Origin: Mytilus trossulus
Lineage: Eukaryota
Reading direction: 5' to 3'
Assembly (NCBI RefSeq): GCF_036588685.1
Contig: NC_086374.1
Span: forward strand, 40,796,001 to 40,860,000
DNA length: 64,000 nucleotides
Shown here: one piece after another, positions 1 through 12,976 of the stretch
Position numbering within the stretch: the stretch's first letter is position 1
Layout of the letters: every line of letters starts with the position of its first letter
Made by a program: the position numbers and the translations under genes
The notes under the pieces: model-generated
Told to the model about the DNA's origin: nothing
The model's database searches: none
What the model saw: the letters and a program-made list of their open reading frames with translations, nothing else

Positions 1-1476
1 TTTACATGCATGATCTGTTTTGTCGTCAACATGTTGTTCAGTCTATTGGTAACTTTCAGTATTGAACGTAGTGACAAAATCATCACTGATTAACTAAAAC
101 GAAATCATATCTTATAGCAATGCAGTCCTTACGTTGGTTTGGATGATAGTGTGTCGAAGGTCGTACGATGATCTTTAGTTGCTTATATCCATGTTATTTG
201 AACAAGTTTTCTCATTGGCAGTGATAGAACAGCTCTCATTTTTTATTTTGGTATTCCTCATTATATTTTGGTATGTTTCTTAATCTGGCTTAAGTACTAC
301 AAATTTAACATAAAAAAAGTTATGAAATATAACTATTAATACGAAGAAATCTACTAATAATATGTTTACCTCATTGCAGTAATAACTACGATATTTTAAC
401 CCTTTAATTATTTAAAATTGACAAGTATTACGTCAGTATTGATCCAAAGTTTCCATTTATTTTGTCGTTATATAATAATTCTTTCATTCTTATTTATAAT
501 GTGTATGGGTTTATGGATTCTATATAAACCGTTGCACCGTCTGGTTACAAAACATTTGTGACTTACTGCAGCCAATCTTTGCCTCTTACAGCTATAAAAT
601 TCGAAAATTGCACAAAATCACCTTTTTATAGGCTATATCGCCAACTTTTAAGTCTATAAATAATGCTCCTATGACGATATTTGCTGCACCTAGCTTTAAT
701 GTGTTTGAAATAGATCCGTTGAAAACCAAAGGTGTATCTTACTCATGTGTTCTAAAAAAGTTGAAATTCAAGGCCTTATTTTGCAAAAAGTGAACCTTGT
801 CCTTTGATCTTGTAGAGAATGCAGAATTAAAACATAATAGTGATCGAAATTCCAACAACTTACCTCTTCGTCTGGTTCCTTGTAAATAAAACAAGTGATT
901 GAAAAGCATTAAATGGTAAATATTTCAGTAAAAAACATAAAAATATTTTTTAAATACGGAGTTTGTTTTATAGAGAATAAAACCAGTGGCACTACATTTC
1001 GCCCACGAATGGTTTTATTATGGTTGATAAAATACTTTCTTTTTGTTATATTCTTTACTTTTAAACCAAATCTTTGGTTGGGCGAGTGATGGTGCAACAT
1101 GTCATATCATAAAAGATGTCGAAAAATTGACACATTTCCAGTGAAATGCATTATATTACTGTTTCAGGATTATACATTTATGAATAACGAAGCAAATTTA
1201 CAACTGCTCTTATATGACTTTCAAAAATATTACTTTTTGCAAAACATTCACACAATATTTACTCAAACAATTCAATAGTGATAATAAAATCTTATTGGAG
1301 TTCATAAAACTTTTAAATCATTTTATCAAAATGTGTCTTCGACCTGTATGTAGTTCTTGGTCGTTGTTTTTTTTAACAAATTTACTGTAAAAACAGTTTC
1401 AAATGTCAAAATATCCTGATGTTATTTTTGAAAAACAATTATTATATTGCTAACAAAATTCTATGATATATGTTAC

Positions 1477-4400
1477 CTTAATAGGTCCACTGTCGTAAAT
1501 AATAACTGGTCTTGTTGTAAATCTCCTGTTATATATGTAATTGTAGTCTCTATGTTTCATCTCTAATGTTTCTGTAAAACAGAATTCAACCTTTTAAAAT
1601 CGAGTCTTCCTGATAAAATTGGCACAAAAAAGGAGATTTTCAAAAGTAGACAAAACAAAAAATAAAAACAAAAAACAAACAGAAAACGACAAGCCTTTGT
1701 GTCCATTTGACACCTTGTTACTTTTTTTTATTATGTTCAGTTAACTTCGAAACTTGGGATATGTTTTGGTATGTACACTACATATTGTTATATCCGTTAA
1801 AGAATAACAAATAAATAAATAAATTAGGAGTTGTTTCTATAATTATAATTCAGTTTTTTTCAATATAAACTATTCATTTTGATATTAATATTAAGATAGA
1901 GCTATAACTAACCTTTGTTTACACGCATGTTTTGAAAAAGAGACGTCTTCCTGTCAAGCTTTATATTCCATTTGCTCTGAAAATAGTCTTTGAATTTTAA
2001 AGTTTTCAAAATATTGCAAATGTCTTAACATATGATACGAAACTTGTATATATTTTCATATGTTTTATATAACGTTAAACGCTTATTCATTTATCTTTTT
2101 CGATAATGAATAAAATTTCTTATAAAAAAGATAAAAGAAGAAAAAGATAACGTATCTTATTTCAACATTGAGTTCACAAGAGTTAGTGTAAAGATCTGTT
2201 CTTGATACAGACGAACTTTAAAATTTCATTATATCAAAATGTATCTAGGCTATTCAAATATAATTAGTATTATACTCCTAAATATACAACCTACTCGAAG
2301 CTCGTTGTCAACAAATATTTCAGAATAATACAATTGGTCACTTTCCATATCATTTATCTGTCGATGATTCACCATGTTGAATATCTCTTTCGCATATCCA
2401 ATAAAAGCTGGAACAGAAAATAAGAAAAAAGTAAAATCACAAAAATACGGAACTCAGACGAAAATCAATTTGGAAAGTCCATAATCACATGGCAAAATCA
2501 AAAAACAAAACGCATCAAAAACGAATGGACAAGAACTGTCATATTCCTGACTTGGTACAGGCATTTTCAAATGTAGAAAATGGTGGATTAAACCTGGTTC
2601 TATAGCGCTAACCCTCTCACTTTAATAACAGTCTCATCAAATTCCGCTACATTTACATGATGCGTTAAATAAACAGTCACAATTAATAAAATAGTCAAAA
2701 TATGGGTACATCAGTCATCATCGTTTAACAATTTTAAAAGGAACAATTTAACAGGACACAAAAACATCTACTATCTACGAACACATGGATTGATTTGAGT
2801 GTCTGACGTCAGAAAACCGTGTTATACACTAATAGCAATCACGTGACATATGCGATTTATCTAATAGCTCGAACTACTCGCGGTAACAGCCCGGTACATT
2901 AGAGGGCCATGTCAAGTGGGTGATAAACATGTCGGTTTCTTTACGATTTTATCATTTTTCTCTGATCGAACTGCTATCCCGGGGATGATAATTTTGTATC
3001 AAGCAGAGTGTTCACTCTCCTTCTAATATAACCTCCTTGCTATAATCAAGAGAGGATTCGGAATTTTAGTTTGATGCTCACAACGTATTGAATATTTCAA
3101 TACCTGGTGCCTTTTGTTATTCATTTTGCTATTATTCATGTGTTTCTTTGTCTAATATGTTTTCCTATTAATTGTATTGTAGTCCTGTAATGTTATGTTG
3201 TCATTTTCATGTTATATTTAACATTGCCATTAAAGAGGGAGGTTTGGCATGCATCAAAAGCAGTTTCAACCCTCCATTTTTTCTTTTTAAAATATGTCCT
3301 GTACCAAGTCAGACATTTATGGCCATTGTTAAATTATTATAGTTCGTTTCTGTGTGTGTTACATTTTAACGTTGTGTCGTTTGTTTTCTCTTATATTTGA
3401 GTGTGAATTCGCATTACTATAAGACGTTTCACCGTACTTTTCTACCCCAAATTCATGTGTTTGGTTTTGATGTTATATTTGTTATTCTCATTGGATTTTG
3501 TCTAATGCTAAGTCCGTTCCTGTGTTTGTTACATTTTAATGCTGTGTCATTGTTCTCCTCTTATATTTAATGCGTTTCCCTCAGTTTTAGTTTGTTACCC
3601 CGATTTTGTTTTTGTCCATCGATTAACGAGTTTTGAACAGCGGTATACTACTGTTGTCTTTATTCAAAACAAATAAGAAAATAAAGATAGGATAACAAAA
3701 TTGCATGGCATACGGTTTTGATAAGCAGAGATATGGAAACCAGGGTGTATAAAAGAAGAGACATTTGCATTAAAGCAGATCTATGTAAAATAAATTCAAT
3801 ACTATAGACAAATTGTGTATCAAACAAACCTCCTGCACTAAGAAATCTATTGTCAAATGTACCAACGGAAGGATATTGTGACTGAAAATATCAAAATCGT
3901 GAATTATCGTCAACATAACAAAAGTTGAAGAAAAAAAAAAGAAGATCAAATACATATATATATGATGTAAAGAACTTTGTTCTTCTTCTTCTTCTTCTTC
4001 CGAATACGGGAGTAGACTCCTAGGTAGGAGTGTAAAACTTCCCGGAACTTGTGTGCTATGTACATATGGACTTAATTTAAAAACAATATGACAAAGAAAA
4101 ATCGTTATCAATAACATATATACATTATGTACAGTGGCTTTAAAGTTTAATAAGTTGCTGTGGATCCTTCAAGTGTTAGAGTGGATATGCCACTTTTGAA
4201 GGATTCCAGGGTGTCAGACATACCTATTGCTTCAGGTTGTGAGTTCCAGTCCGAAATAGTACGAGGATAAAATGAAAATTTATAGAAATCTTTATTTGTG
4301 GATATTTGCCTAAATTTATGTTTCCCCCTAGTGCGTCTATCAGAAATTGTTAAGTTGTCCTTAGGAACTTCCACTAACCCCCAATTTATTTTATACAGCA

Positions 4401-7400
4401 TAGTTAATCTAGCCTTCTTCCTTCTAGATTCTAAATTTTCCCATTCCAATGATTTTATTAAATTTGAAACTGCTCCAGGTGATCTGTCTTTATAATCATT
4501 GAAGACAAACCTGGCTGCCTTACGCTGTACCTGCTCAACCTGAGTGATGTGTTGTTTTTTGTACGGATCCCAGACAGGGGAAGAGTATTCGACGACCAGA
4601 CGGACAAGTGATGTGTACGTAAGGTTTTTAACCTTACGTGTGCAGTTTTTTAAGTTCCTACGAAGAAAACCTAAGGTCTTATTTGCCTTACAAGTAATAT
4701 TGTCAATATGCGTTCCCCAATCAAGATCATGGCTTATAGTTACGCCTAAATATTTGCTGTCTTTTACTGCTTCTAAAATATGATTATGTAATATATAATC
4801 AAAAGTTGAAGGTTTACTTTTTTTAGAAATATGAATTACATAACACTTCTCAGGATTAAAATTCATTTGCCAATCCTCTTCCCATTTTACTAAACTAGAC
4901 AAATCTTTTTGAAGTAATTGTGCATCAGAACTATTATTTACATTTCTATATAATAAACAGTCATCTGCAAAAAGTCGTGCATTGCAAGTTACATGTTCGG
5001 GTAGGTCATTTATAAAGAGTAAAAATAATGTTGGGCCTAAAACTGTTCCCTGAGGGACACCAGAATCAACTGCTAATTTTGAAGATTTTACACCGTTTAA
5101 TAGTCCTTGCTGTTGCCTGTGAGCTAAAAAGTCATTTATCCAATTTAAATTTTGATTTCTAATACCATTGTTTATTTAATCCAGATTCCAATTCAAAAAC
5201 GCTACTCAATTGTATTAATCTTAAAATCTGTATACTTTTTGGTGATTATTAAAAGTAATATTTTAGAGTTATTGATTTTTTTGTATTAAAAAAAGAGGGG
5301 GTTTCACAATTCACATGTCGCGCCGAATCTCAAAACTGATTTATGATTATTGCTTAATGCTTTACACACTACCAACTTATATTAATCTATTAATCTGTAT
5401 ACTTTTTGGTGATTATTCAAAATCTAATTTTAGAGTTATTGATTTTTTTTTATTGCATAAAACTTCACACATGCACAAGACGATAGGCGTATCACTTTTA
5501 TATGCCCTTTGTTCATAGTATATGCAATTACATTTAGTTTGTTCTTAGGCCAACATGAATTATCGGTAGCAAAGACGATACGGGCATCAAAACTCTTAAA
5601 TTTCTTTAAAATTTCCATCGACGAATCCAAAATGACAGAGTCTGGACTAAAAGAAAATAAGTACAGTTATACACAAATGAAAAAAAACATAGCAAAAAAC
5701 AAAACTTTTAAACAGTTTGTGTGAAAAAAAATCACGAACTTTGTCTGTCTTAATAAGTATATATCACCATTACATGATGTGTATTGTTAGAAACACAGCC
5801 GAATGTCTTCTATTTTGATCATTAAACAAAACTTTAAAAAAAGTTCGAATTTTTTTATAGATTTAAATTGCCTTTTATTATGTCACAACAGAAATAATGC
5901 CGTTACAGACAAGACTCACCCATCAGTGATCAAAATTACAAGATTTTCTTTCATGGCATACTCTCCAAGATTTTCTTTCAATACGTTTACTTTATAACCA
6001 CCTTCTGTATACACTACTGCATCATAGTTTCTCCATGGCTGCTGAATGTCGAAAACCTAGTGCGAAGAAATACATTTTGTCATAGTGTTTTTTTCAGAAT
6101 TTCAACACAATCCATGTCAAAATTGGCAATTTTAAGAGAACATATCTGATTATATTCTAGCCCGGAAAAGCAAATATTTAATTTTGCGGCTCTGGAAGAG
6201 GTGTCTAAGGATTTATTGATATCAATTTGTCCAACTGTAACACTTACTAAGAATAATGATTATACTCATACCTTGTATTTTATTTTGTTTGTTTCTGCAG
6301 ACAATTCATATCTTCTTAGTTTTTTTGCATCTGTTACTCCTGCTGTTATTACCACAGCCAATAGCTCTGAAATTATCAGAATAAACTATAATAAAATTTC
6401 AATAATGACATAACTGACCAGTACATAGACATGACGGGATTTTTTTCGGAGTCCTTTAAGGCTTATTTCAAAATTGCTATATGGTCCCCATGCAATACCT
6501 ACCTAAAGAATGTTGAAATAAGGACTTGTGGTATAATTGCCGTTGAGACAACTTTTCATCCAAGATCAAAGGATATTGATCGTTTTGATACCAGTTGCTA
6601 TGTCTCAGTGCTACAACATACTATAATTTACTAAAAACAAATACACATGTCAAAATGCATCATCCATCTCTGAAAAAAATATTTAATTCTCAATTTGCAA
6701 ATAAAAAAAAACAAGGGACCATTAAAACCATACACGGAAGGATATGGTGACGGTTGCGGTTTGTGAGTACACATTCGCATCCGTATTTTCCTGACCAGTC
6801 AACAGACAAAGAAGTACAGAGTTCGATGTTTTGGTGTATATTCTCTGTCAGCAGATTTCTTAATCAGCAGTTTAACTTCATTAAGCTACAAGAATCCTCT
6901 GGCATCTTTTTGTTTTGTTTTACTTCTACATGTGTTTTGTCTACAGAGATATACACGCATAAATAGATATGAGCGGAAACTGATTACCAAAGTAGTATTA
7001 TTCTTGGCCTATTCAGCATAAACTTGTACCAACTGCAAGCGTCTAGTAAGTTTCTTACAATCAAACTTATGAAATCATTTTAATATATACTGCATGGAAT
7101 ATAATATCTCTGAGGTTGTATAACTTATTTACGTTTGAAATAATAGCATATACTATTTTCTCTGTTGTCTTCTCATGCATGTAGTTTATGTACTTTGGTT
7201 TTGGTTTTGCAGATTCAAGATTTTCGAGAGAAAAAATATGCATTCATTCATTCCTTCAGAACCTGTGACTACTATACTATAGTATAATATTCCCAGTTCA
7301 GAACACAACAATGAAGACAAAAACTATATCATATCGAATCTGTGAATACTACTAGATGATAAATGTATTATATTTCGTGCACAGAATAAACAATGTTTCC

Positions 7401-8657
7401 TACATGAAATCGCTGTTTTCTTTTCGCGTTTTTTTAACCACATCACCGGAAACCTTCTGTATTTTATGGTAGTCTGTTTTCATATCTATTTCATTTTCAA
7501 GACATCTTATCAAATTAAGAAAATATGTAATTTACTAATAAAGTAAATAAGATGTCTTATATAATTTCAACTACACCTTATAAACTACATACAATATAGC
7601 TATCTAAAGAGGGGGTATCCAACATAGTCAACATTGACAAGGGCTTTAGCCAGAGGGGAATTACCATTGGCAATTTGGGTATCCCCCGACATACGATCGT
7701 AATTGTTCTACCATATCAAACAACTATTGGGCAATGGATAATTAGGTTAATTGCCGGCGATGAACGAATAATCATAAGTTTTTCACCGGACGGTTATTTG
7801 GCAAGGTCATTCACATGTCGATTTTGACGAAAATAACCGAATGAATTCACACAGCATGATCTTTGTTGGTAAATGAATTTACTCAATTATACTGTGAGGT
7901 ATAGTTATACAAGATGTCTCATGAATTATTTGCCCGAAACATATATCTTTCAAGCATGCTGAATTTTGAAATAAAAACAATTTGAAAACAAAACCAATTT
8001 TTCCACATTTGTCGAAACATTCGAATTTTATAATGTATTTTACTATTAGTAGCAATTAAACTTATTTCGTGTGAATTGTTTAAAATTCTTATCTCTCTGA
8101 ATATATCAACAAAGTCATCATTGGAAACGTTGCTATACTTATCATAATTTCTTACAGTATTGAAGATGGGACTTCTGGACATCTTTACGCTTATCATTAT
8201 ACCGCACATACAATAAAACTGTTATTTTAAAAAAAAAACCCGTTATTTCATATGTACCAAGGGAACAATTTGGAATTCCCTATTATTTCGGTTTTTTTTA
8301 AATACTAACACAAAAATTAGAATTCCTATTAGAAATCAAACTTCTATTGGTGTGAGCTGTTTCAAATTCTGTTCTATCTGAATATGAATATAGGTCTTAT
8401 CAACGTCATCATTGAACACGGTGTCGGACTGGTCATCATTCAGGACATCATTACTTTGCGGTGTTGAAGTTCTTACTTCTTCAGGTCTATGACGCGTTAA
8501 ACATTATCCTGGATACAAATTAAAAACGGGCAAAACTAGGGGAAAAACAGAGGAAGATTTCTTGGCTTCAGAAAAATGCAAACTTACCTATATCTGAACT
8601 AACAGCAACACACAAATCAAATATCAAACCAAAAATACATATGCAGAAATTATCCAT
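1477..8657 (-). CDS. PLOD (procollagen lysyl hydroxylase/glucosyltransferase)-like N-terminal glycosyltransferase-domain protein, spliced; 3' end unresolved
   Basis: Phase-consistent GT/AG exons with no stops: 6366-6272 (ELLAVVITAGVTDAKKLRRYELSAETNKIKYK), 6056-5920 (VFDIQQPW...GGYKVNVLKENL...VILITDG), 5646-5532 (PDSVIL...ILKKFKSFDARIVFATDNSCWPKNKLN), 3881-3830 (SQYPSVGTFDNRFLSAG), 2407-2295 (AFIGYAKEIF...DMESDQLYYSEIFVDNELR), 1976-1913 (SKWNIKLDRKTSLFQNMRVNK), 1571-1477 (...PVIIYDSGPIK). These follow the PLOD GT motif order (GGGQKV, FxDSYD, CWP, KRFLNSGGFIG, DDDQLFY, LD..S.IFQN, HGNGP). Putative signal-peptide first coding exon 8657-8588 (MDNFCICIFGLIFDLCVAVSSDI, phase 1, fits the next exon) is less certain. 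Candidate last exon 93-43. Confidence 0.8.
2425..2815 (+). repeat. High-copy interspersed repeat (aaaagtaaaatcacaaaaatac...cctgacttggtacaggcattt family)
   Basis: Related copies near 18945-19290, 33548-33745 and 28915-29000; reverse copies near 19737-19865 and 24830-24903. Confidence 0.7.
3250..3665 (-). repeat. Interspersed repeat (aataaaggcaacagtagtataccgctgttc family)
   Basis: Homologous to 20086-20445 and 22104-22146 on the plus strand. Confidence 0.65.
3980..5175 (-). mobile_element. 5'-truncated non-LTR retrotransposon (CR1/L2-type LINE): RT C-terminal half, 3' UTR and tail
   Basis: Frame open from 5175 to 4147 with RT motifs SGVPQGTVLGPTLFLLFINDL, LFADD, WQMNFNPEKC, KYLGV and FSFYPRTISDWN. 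3' stem-loop at 4016-4031 followed by a (GAA)n tail at 3980-4000. Confidence 0.9.
4147..5175 (-). CDS. LINE reverse transcriptase fragment (partial ORF2)
   Basis: ORF-track 4147..4902 extends in frame upstream to include the FADD catalytic motif. No endonuclease domain or start codon. Confidence 0.85.
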   Translation of the reverse strand: MNNGIRNQNLNWINDFLAHRQQQGLLNGVKSSKLAVDSGVPQGTVLGPTLFLLFINDLPEHVTCNARLFADDCLLYRNVNNSSDAQLLQKDLSSLVKWEEDWQMNFNPEKCYVIHISKKSKPSTFDYILHNHILEAVKDSKYLGVTISHDLDWGTHIDNITCKANKTLGFLRRNLKNCTRKVKNLTYTSLVRLVVEYSSPVWDPYKKQHITQVEQVQRKAARFVFNDYKDRSPGAVSNLIKSLEWENLESRRKKARLTMLYKINWGLVEVPKDNLTISDRRTRGKHKFRQISTNKDFYKFSFYPRTISDWNSQPEAIGMSDTLESFKSGISTLTLEGSTATY

Positions 8658-10394
8658 TATACCCTCTTTCTATTTTATAAAAACATACGTGTATTATCTT
8701 ATGATAGACAATTGCAACATATTGTTCGTTTTATATGAAACATATTTTTACTATTGAAAAGATGTTACCACAAACGTAAGGCAAGAAAATGATTGTATAT
8801 TAAACATGTTAGATGATTTCAACATTTCATTAATTTATTTTGTAAACTGTTTTACTCACGTTACAATGAGTAGTGACGTTCTCTTGTTGATAAGGTATAT
8901 TAAAGACTGTGGACGCCAATAATCTGATAATGTTAGGAATATTCACAAAAATTGATCTGACATTACAAATTGAAATAAAGCGTATTAATTATACTGGTTT
9001 CTACATGATGAGTTAGGTAGATAGAGAGATATTGCAGTAATGTTAAGAAGTAAACTATGCTTTATTTTCATTTTTTTATGCAACATATTAAAAAAAATGA
9101 CAATGCAATGTGAAACTGTATCGGATGAACTTATCATTTTTTTTTTAATTCTAATACTATGTATTCAGTCGGTGCGCATTTTCGTAGACTCGTGCTGGGC
9201 AAACAATATTTTTGGTCACAGAGAATTGTTTTGGATAGAAAAGTATAGGCCCTACATAGGTCATTATAAAAAAAATCATGCAAATGTCTGTTATTTGGTT
9301 TTTTTAAGTCACAGACATAGACATGTATATAAAAAATAACACTTGAATATGTTAAATATGAATGTTTTGTGATACACTATAAACAGTTTACAGTATGAAC
9401 TGTTATAAAAAAATCCTTAATGATTTCTGAAACCCTTGGATACAGAGAGAATTAACTGTTTTTTTTTAATTATACCTTTCAGACCTAGAATAGGACTATT
9501 ATTCATACTATTTTTTATCAGGATTTATCACTATTTATAGAATTTTGATACATACAAACAGTTTTTTTTTAATGATTTAGGAGGACTGGTGTATGTTGGT
9601 TTTATAGTTATAAAAATTCAGAAAAAGGAAGAGTCTCATTTTTAAGTCACTGGTGTAACCAAAAGGCAAATTGGTTGGGTAAGAGTTATCTTTCTCAAGA
9701 TATTAGCATTTACAATAGTTTCTCTCCTAGCAATGTTACCTGTAAGCATGTTATGCACACAAACAAAACAACAATCTAATGTTGAAAATTAGTGAAAAAA
9801 TGTTAAAAGTAAGTAAAAGCTATTTCGTAAATGAAAATAGTGTCAATGGTGCACCGTCATAAAAATCATTTTCCGTAAGCTTTCCTTATATTAACTTTGA
9901 TTGAAGAAAAGATGTTGTTTGTAGAAACATGCACCAGGACAACATATAGAATAAGAGAATGGTGCACTTATTTTGCTACTAAATTAAAAAAATATACCTG
10001 TAAATCATTGGTGTTACTGTCAATATAATGTATCACCTATACAAATGTTTTCACAAAATGGTGCATGCTTGTATAAACACCAATGACACTATTTAGTAAC
10101 ACTATTGACATTTTTAGTTATTGATGTTATGTTAAATAATTTAGGATTTTAGATATACTGTTCTCAAATTTTATATATCTATATCAAGATTTACCGTGTG
10201 TTCAGTTTGAAATTCCGACACAAATAGATGTTTCACAAATTTGTGATTTTTAAATAGAAGGTGTTTTTGGCCACACCTTGTGCATGTGCATTTTTTTTTA
10301 AATTTGGACCATGGGTTTATTTGTAAAGCGATGAAGATATTAGAGTATAAGATAAACTTTCACTGATGATGTTTATATTTTTAATTTTTCATTC

Positions 10395-11080
10395 TTTTTT
10401 TATACGACCGCAATTTTTTTTTTTGCGTCGTATAATGCTATCATGTCGTCTGCGTCGTCGTCCGAAGACACATTACAGTGAATGGATCTCTATAAAGTTT
10501 AACCAGAAGGTTCAATACCTCTAAAGAAAGGTTGGTATTGATTTTGGGGGTTATGGTTCCAATGATTTAGGAATTAGGGACCAAAAAGGGGTCCAAAATA
10601 AGCATTTACGTAGTTTTCAAACAATGACTTGTGTTTATGTATATGAATCTCTCTGAAATTATATCACAAATTTAAATACCATAAATACCATAAAGGGATG
10701 GTTAGTGTTGACTCTGAGAGGTTAAGGTTAAATATGTTGGGTATGTTCGGATTTACCTCCCTTACAACTACTTGCAAATGATTTATAAAGAAATGTTAGG
10801 TTTTGGATTAAATCAAAATAAGTGGCATGGTAGTAGTTTTCATTTATTTTTTTTCAAATTTCTCAAATTCTTAATTTTTTGAAAAGAAGAAATCTCTAAT
10901 ATCCCAATAGACTTGTGAGATCTTGAAATTGTCTTGTGTCATAAACTCATATTATGTCAAAAATTCTGATCACAATCCAAATTCGGAGCTATATCTTAAA
11001 TGTTGTGTTCATACTTGTCCCAACTGTTCAGGTTCGACCTCTGCGGTCGTATAAAGCTGCGCCCTGCGGAGCACCTGGTT
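10395..11080 (-). mobile_element. Non-autonomous Helentron/HINE-like element
   Basis: Subterminal inverted repeats tatacgaccgca/tgcggtcgtata, (GTC)n tract, T-run flank. Same family as 35995-38844 in the opposite orientation. Confidence 0.7.
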
Positions 11081-12006
11081 AAATTATAGCACAAACAAAA
11101 TGTGTCTTCCAATCTTAATTTCATTTACGAAAAGTAATAGGGTACCAACTTAGTGAACAGTGAATTTATCCCGTTCTGACATACAAATGGTTTTCAGTCG
11201 ACGTTGCCCCTTATTTTTGTAGTTGTTCTGAATAAAACGGAGGAAAATAAACAGGTAAGCTGTGTAAGAAACTATTTCCGGTTATGAATGTAAACAATGG
11301 ACCAGCTGATGACAGATGACAGACACGAAATACCCTCCGGGAAAGACAGTACAAAGACAAAAGCAGTGACAATGACCAAGATATTGTGAATATAAACGTA
11401 TGAATTATATTTTTTATTTGCATTCATCTAAGTTGCAAATAACTCATGCACAATGAACATACATGTATGTTTTGTCAACTTTTGGAGGTGTGAACATGGC
11501 CAAATTATTTTTCCAAAAGTTGATGAACTCTAGGATAATATTTTATGCATCTGAAGCCATATCGGCCTTGTAACAGTATAAATTTCATTTACTTTGGTAT
11601 CCTAACCTATATAGAGCCATACTAAACTATCCTTTACACAAACTCTAAAAGACTATACCCCCCTCGAATATCCCTAACTTTCTTACCCTGAATGTTTCCT
11701 AATCCTAACCCTAACTCTTACAGTGAAAGGCTAGCACACAGCGACAATCAGTAAATAGGACAGGCAAAATTTTTCTATTTATGCACTCACATGTCAAGGA
11801 AATAAAAAGAGCTGGAAAATAGAAAATAGGACAGATATAATTAATGTTAATAAAAATGCCATGCATACATGTACAATGAAGGATCCCTCCTTTTAATTAA
11901 ATTGTTTTGATTCAATTAGCAGAGAAAGATATATATATTATCCTACCCTGTGACTATCATGACTATGTTACATCTTTCTCCTGTCAAATTATGACCTTTT
12001 TTATAT

Positions 12007-12190
12007 GAGGGGGATAGGACCTTTATTGGGACTCTGGGGTCGGGTGATTTAAGGTCAGGATTTCTGGACCCTTTCAGGATCCAGGAATTCTTTTTTCGAA
12101 TCTCTGGATGTCTGGATTTAAATTTGGGACCTCAGGATTTTGTGTTTTTAAGCCCAGGAATTTCTGAATCAGGACCCCTCCAACCCCCTC
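12007..12190. mobile_element. Short MITE-like element with GAGGGGG termini
   Basis: gagggggat... at 12007 and ...ccccctc at 12190, with AT-rich flanks. Confidence 0.4.
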
Positions 12191-12321
12191 TTATATGACA
12201 CAAATTAAATTTATCTTGTTTAAATATTTGATATCATTTCTCTTTGTAATAGAAGTTTTAATGATAATTTGAAAAATTCTTTTAAGTGTTTTAAGTGAGT
12301 AAATAACGGGCAGAAAAATGA

Positions 12322-12456
12322 AGATTAGAGAAAAAAGGGGTTAAATTTTTTAAGATTAGAGAAAAAAGGGGTTATTTTTTTTAAGATTAGAGAAAAAAGG
12401 GGTGAAAATTAAATGTTTACAGAATAACAGACCCCCCCCCCCCCCCCCCCCCCCCC
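12322..12456. repeat. Three copies of aagattagagaaaaaagggg followed by a C25 homopolymer
   Basis: Directly visible; poly-C at 12432-12456. Confidence 0.8.
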
Positions 12457-12976
12457 TCCATCCAGACCCTCATAATTGAGTGACAGAATTAGACCAAATA
12501 AACAAATCTGTTAATGATGGCCCTTATTGACCTTCAAGGAAGGCTTTTAGAAGTCTGTTCCTAGTCCTGATAGTCATAAATTCAAAATTATATCTATTAC
12601 AGTCCCATATACATGTATATGCACTCTGGTAAAATTCTTATTTTATTGGTCTTCTAAGATAGCCTAAGAAACATAGATGATACAATTATGAATAGCTGTA
12701 CTAGTCATGCTAGTGGTAGCAATTGCTTTTGATGAGGGCCTTTATATCACGTCACTGACTCACATTAAGGGCTCAACTTACATGTACCTTGTTTCTCACT
12801 TCTTCAACGATAACCTAAACTTAGCAATGAATGTAATTTCAACACAAAGCAACATAAACACATTTGTGACATACATGTACCATTAATTGTGTATATATAT
12901 AATATAAGAAATACAATGCACCATTAATTATATAAACTTACATTTGTCCTTTCAGATGAACTAAATTGCTGATGAC

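Noticed and set aside
864-878. 15-nt microexon (EPDEE) for the PLOD-like gene
   Set aside because: Splice signals are good but it has no PLOD similarity and appears to lie within a transposon-like stretch.
3770-4117. 115-aa ORF with poly-Glu
   Set aside because: The poly-E comes from the LINE (GAA)n tail; the real exon inside (3881-3830) uses another frame.
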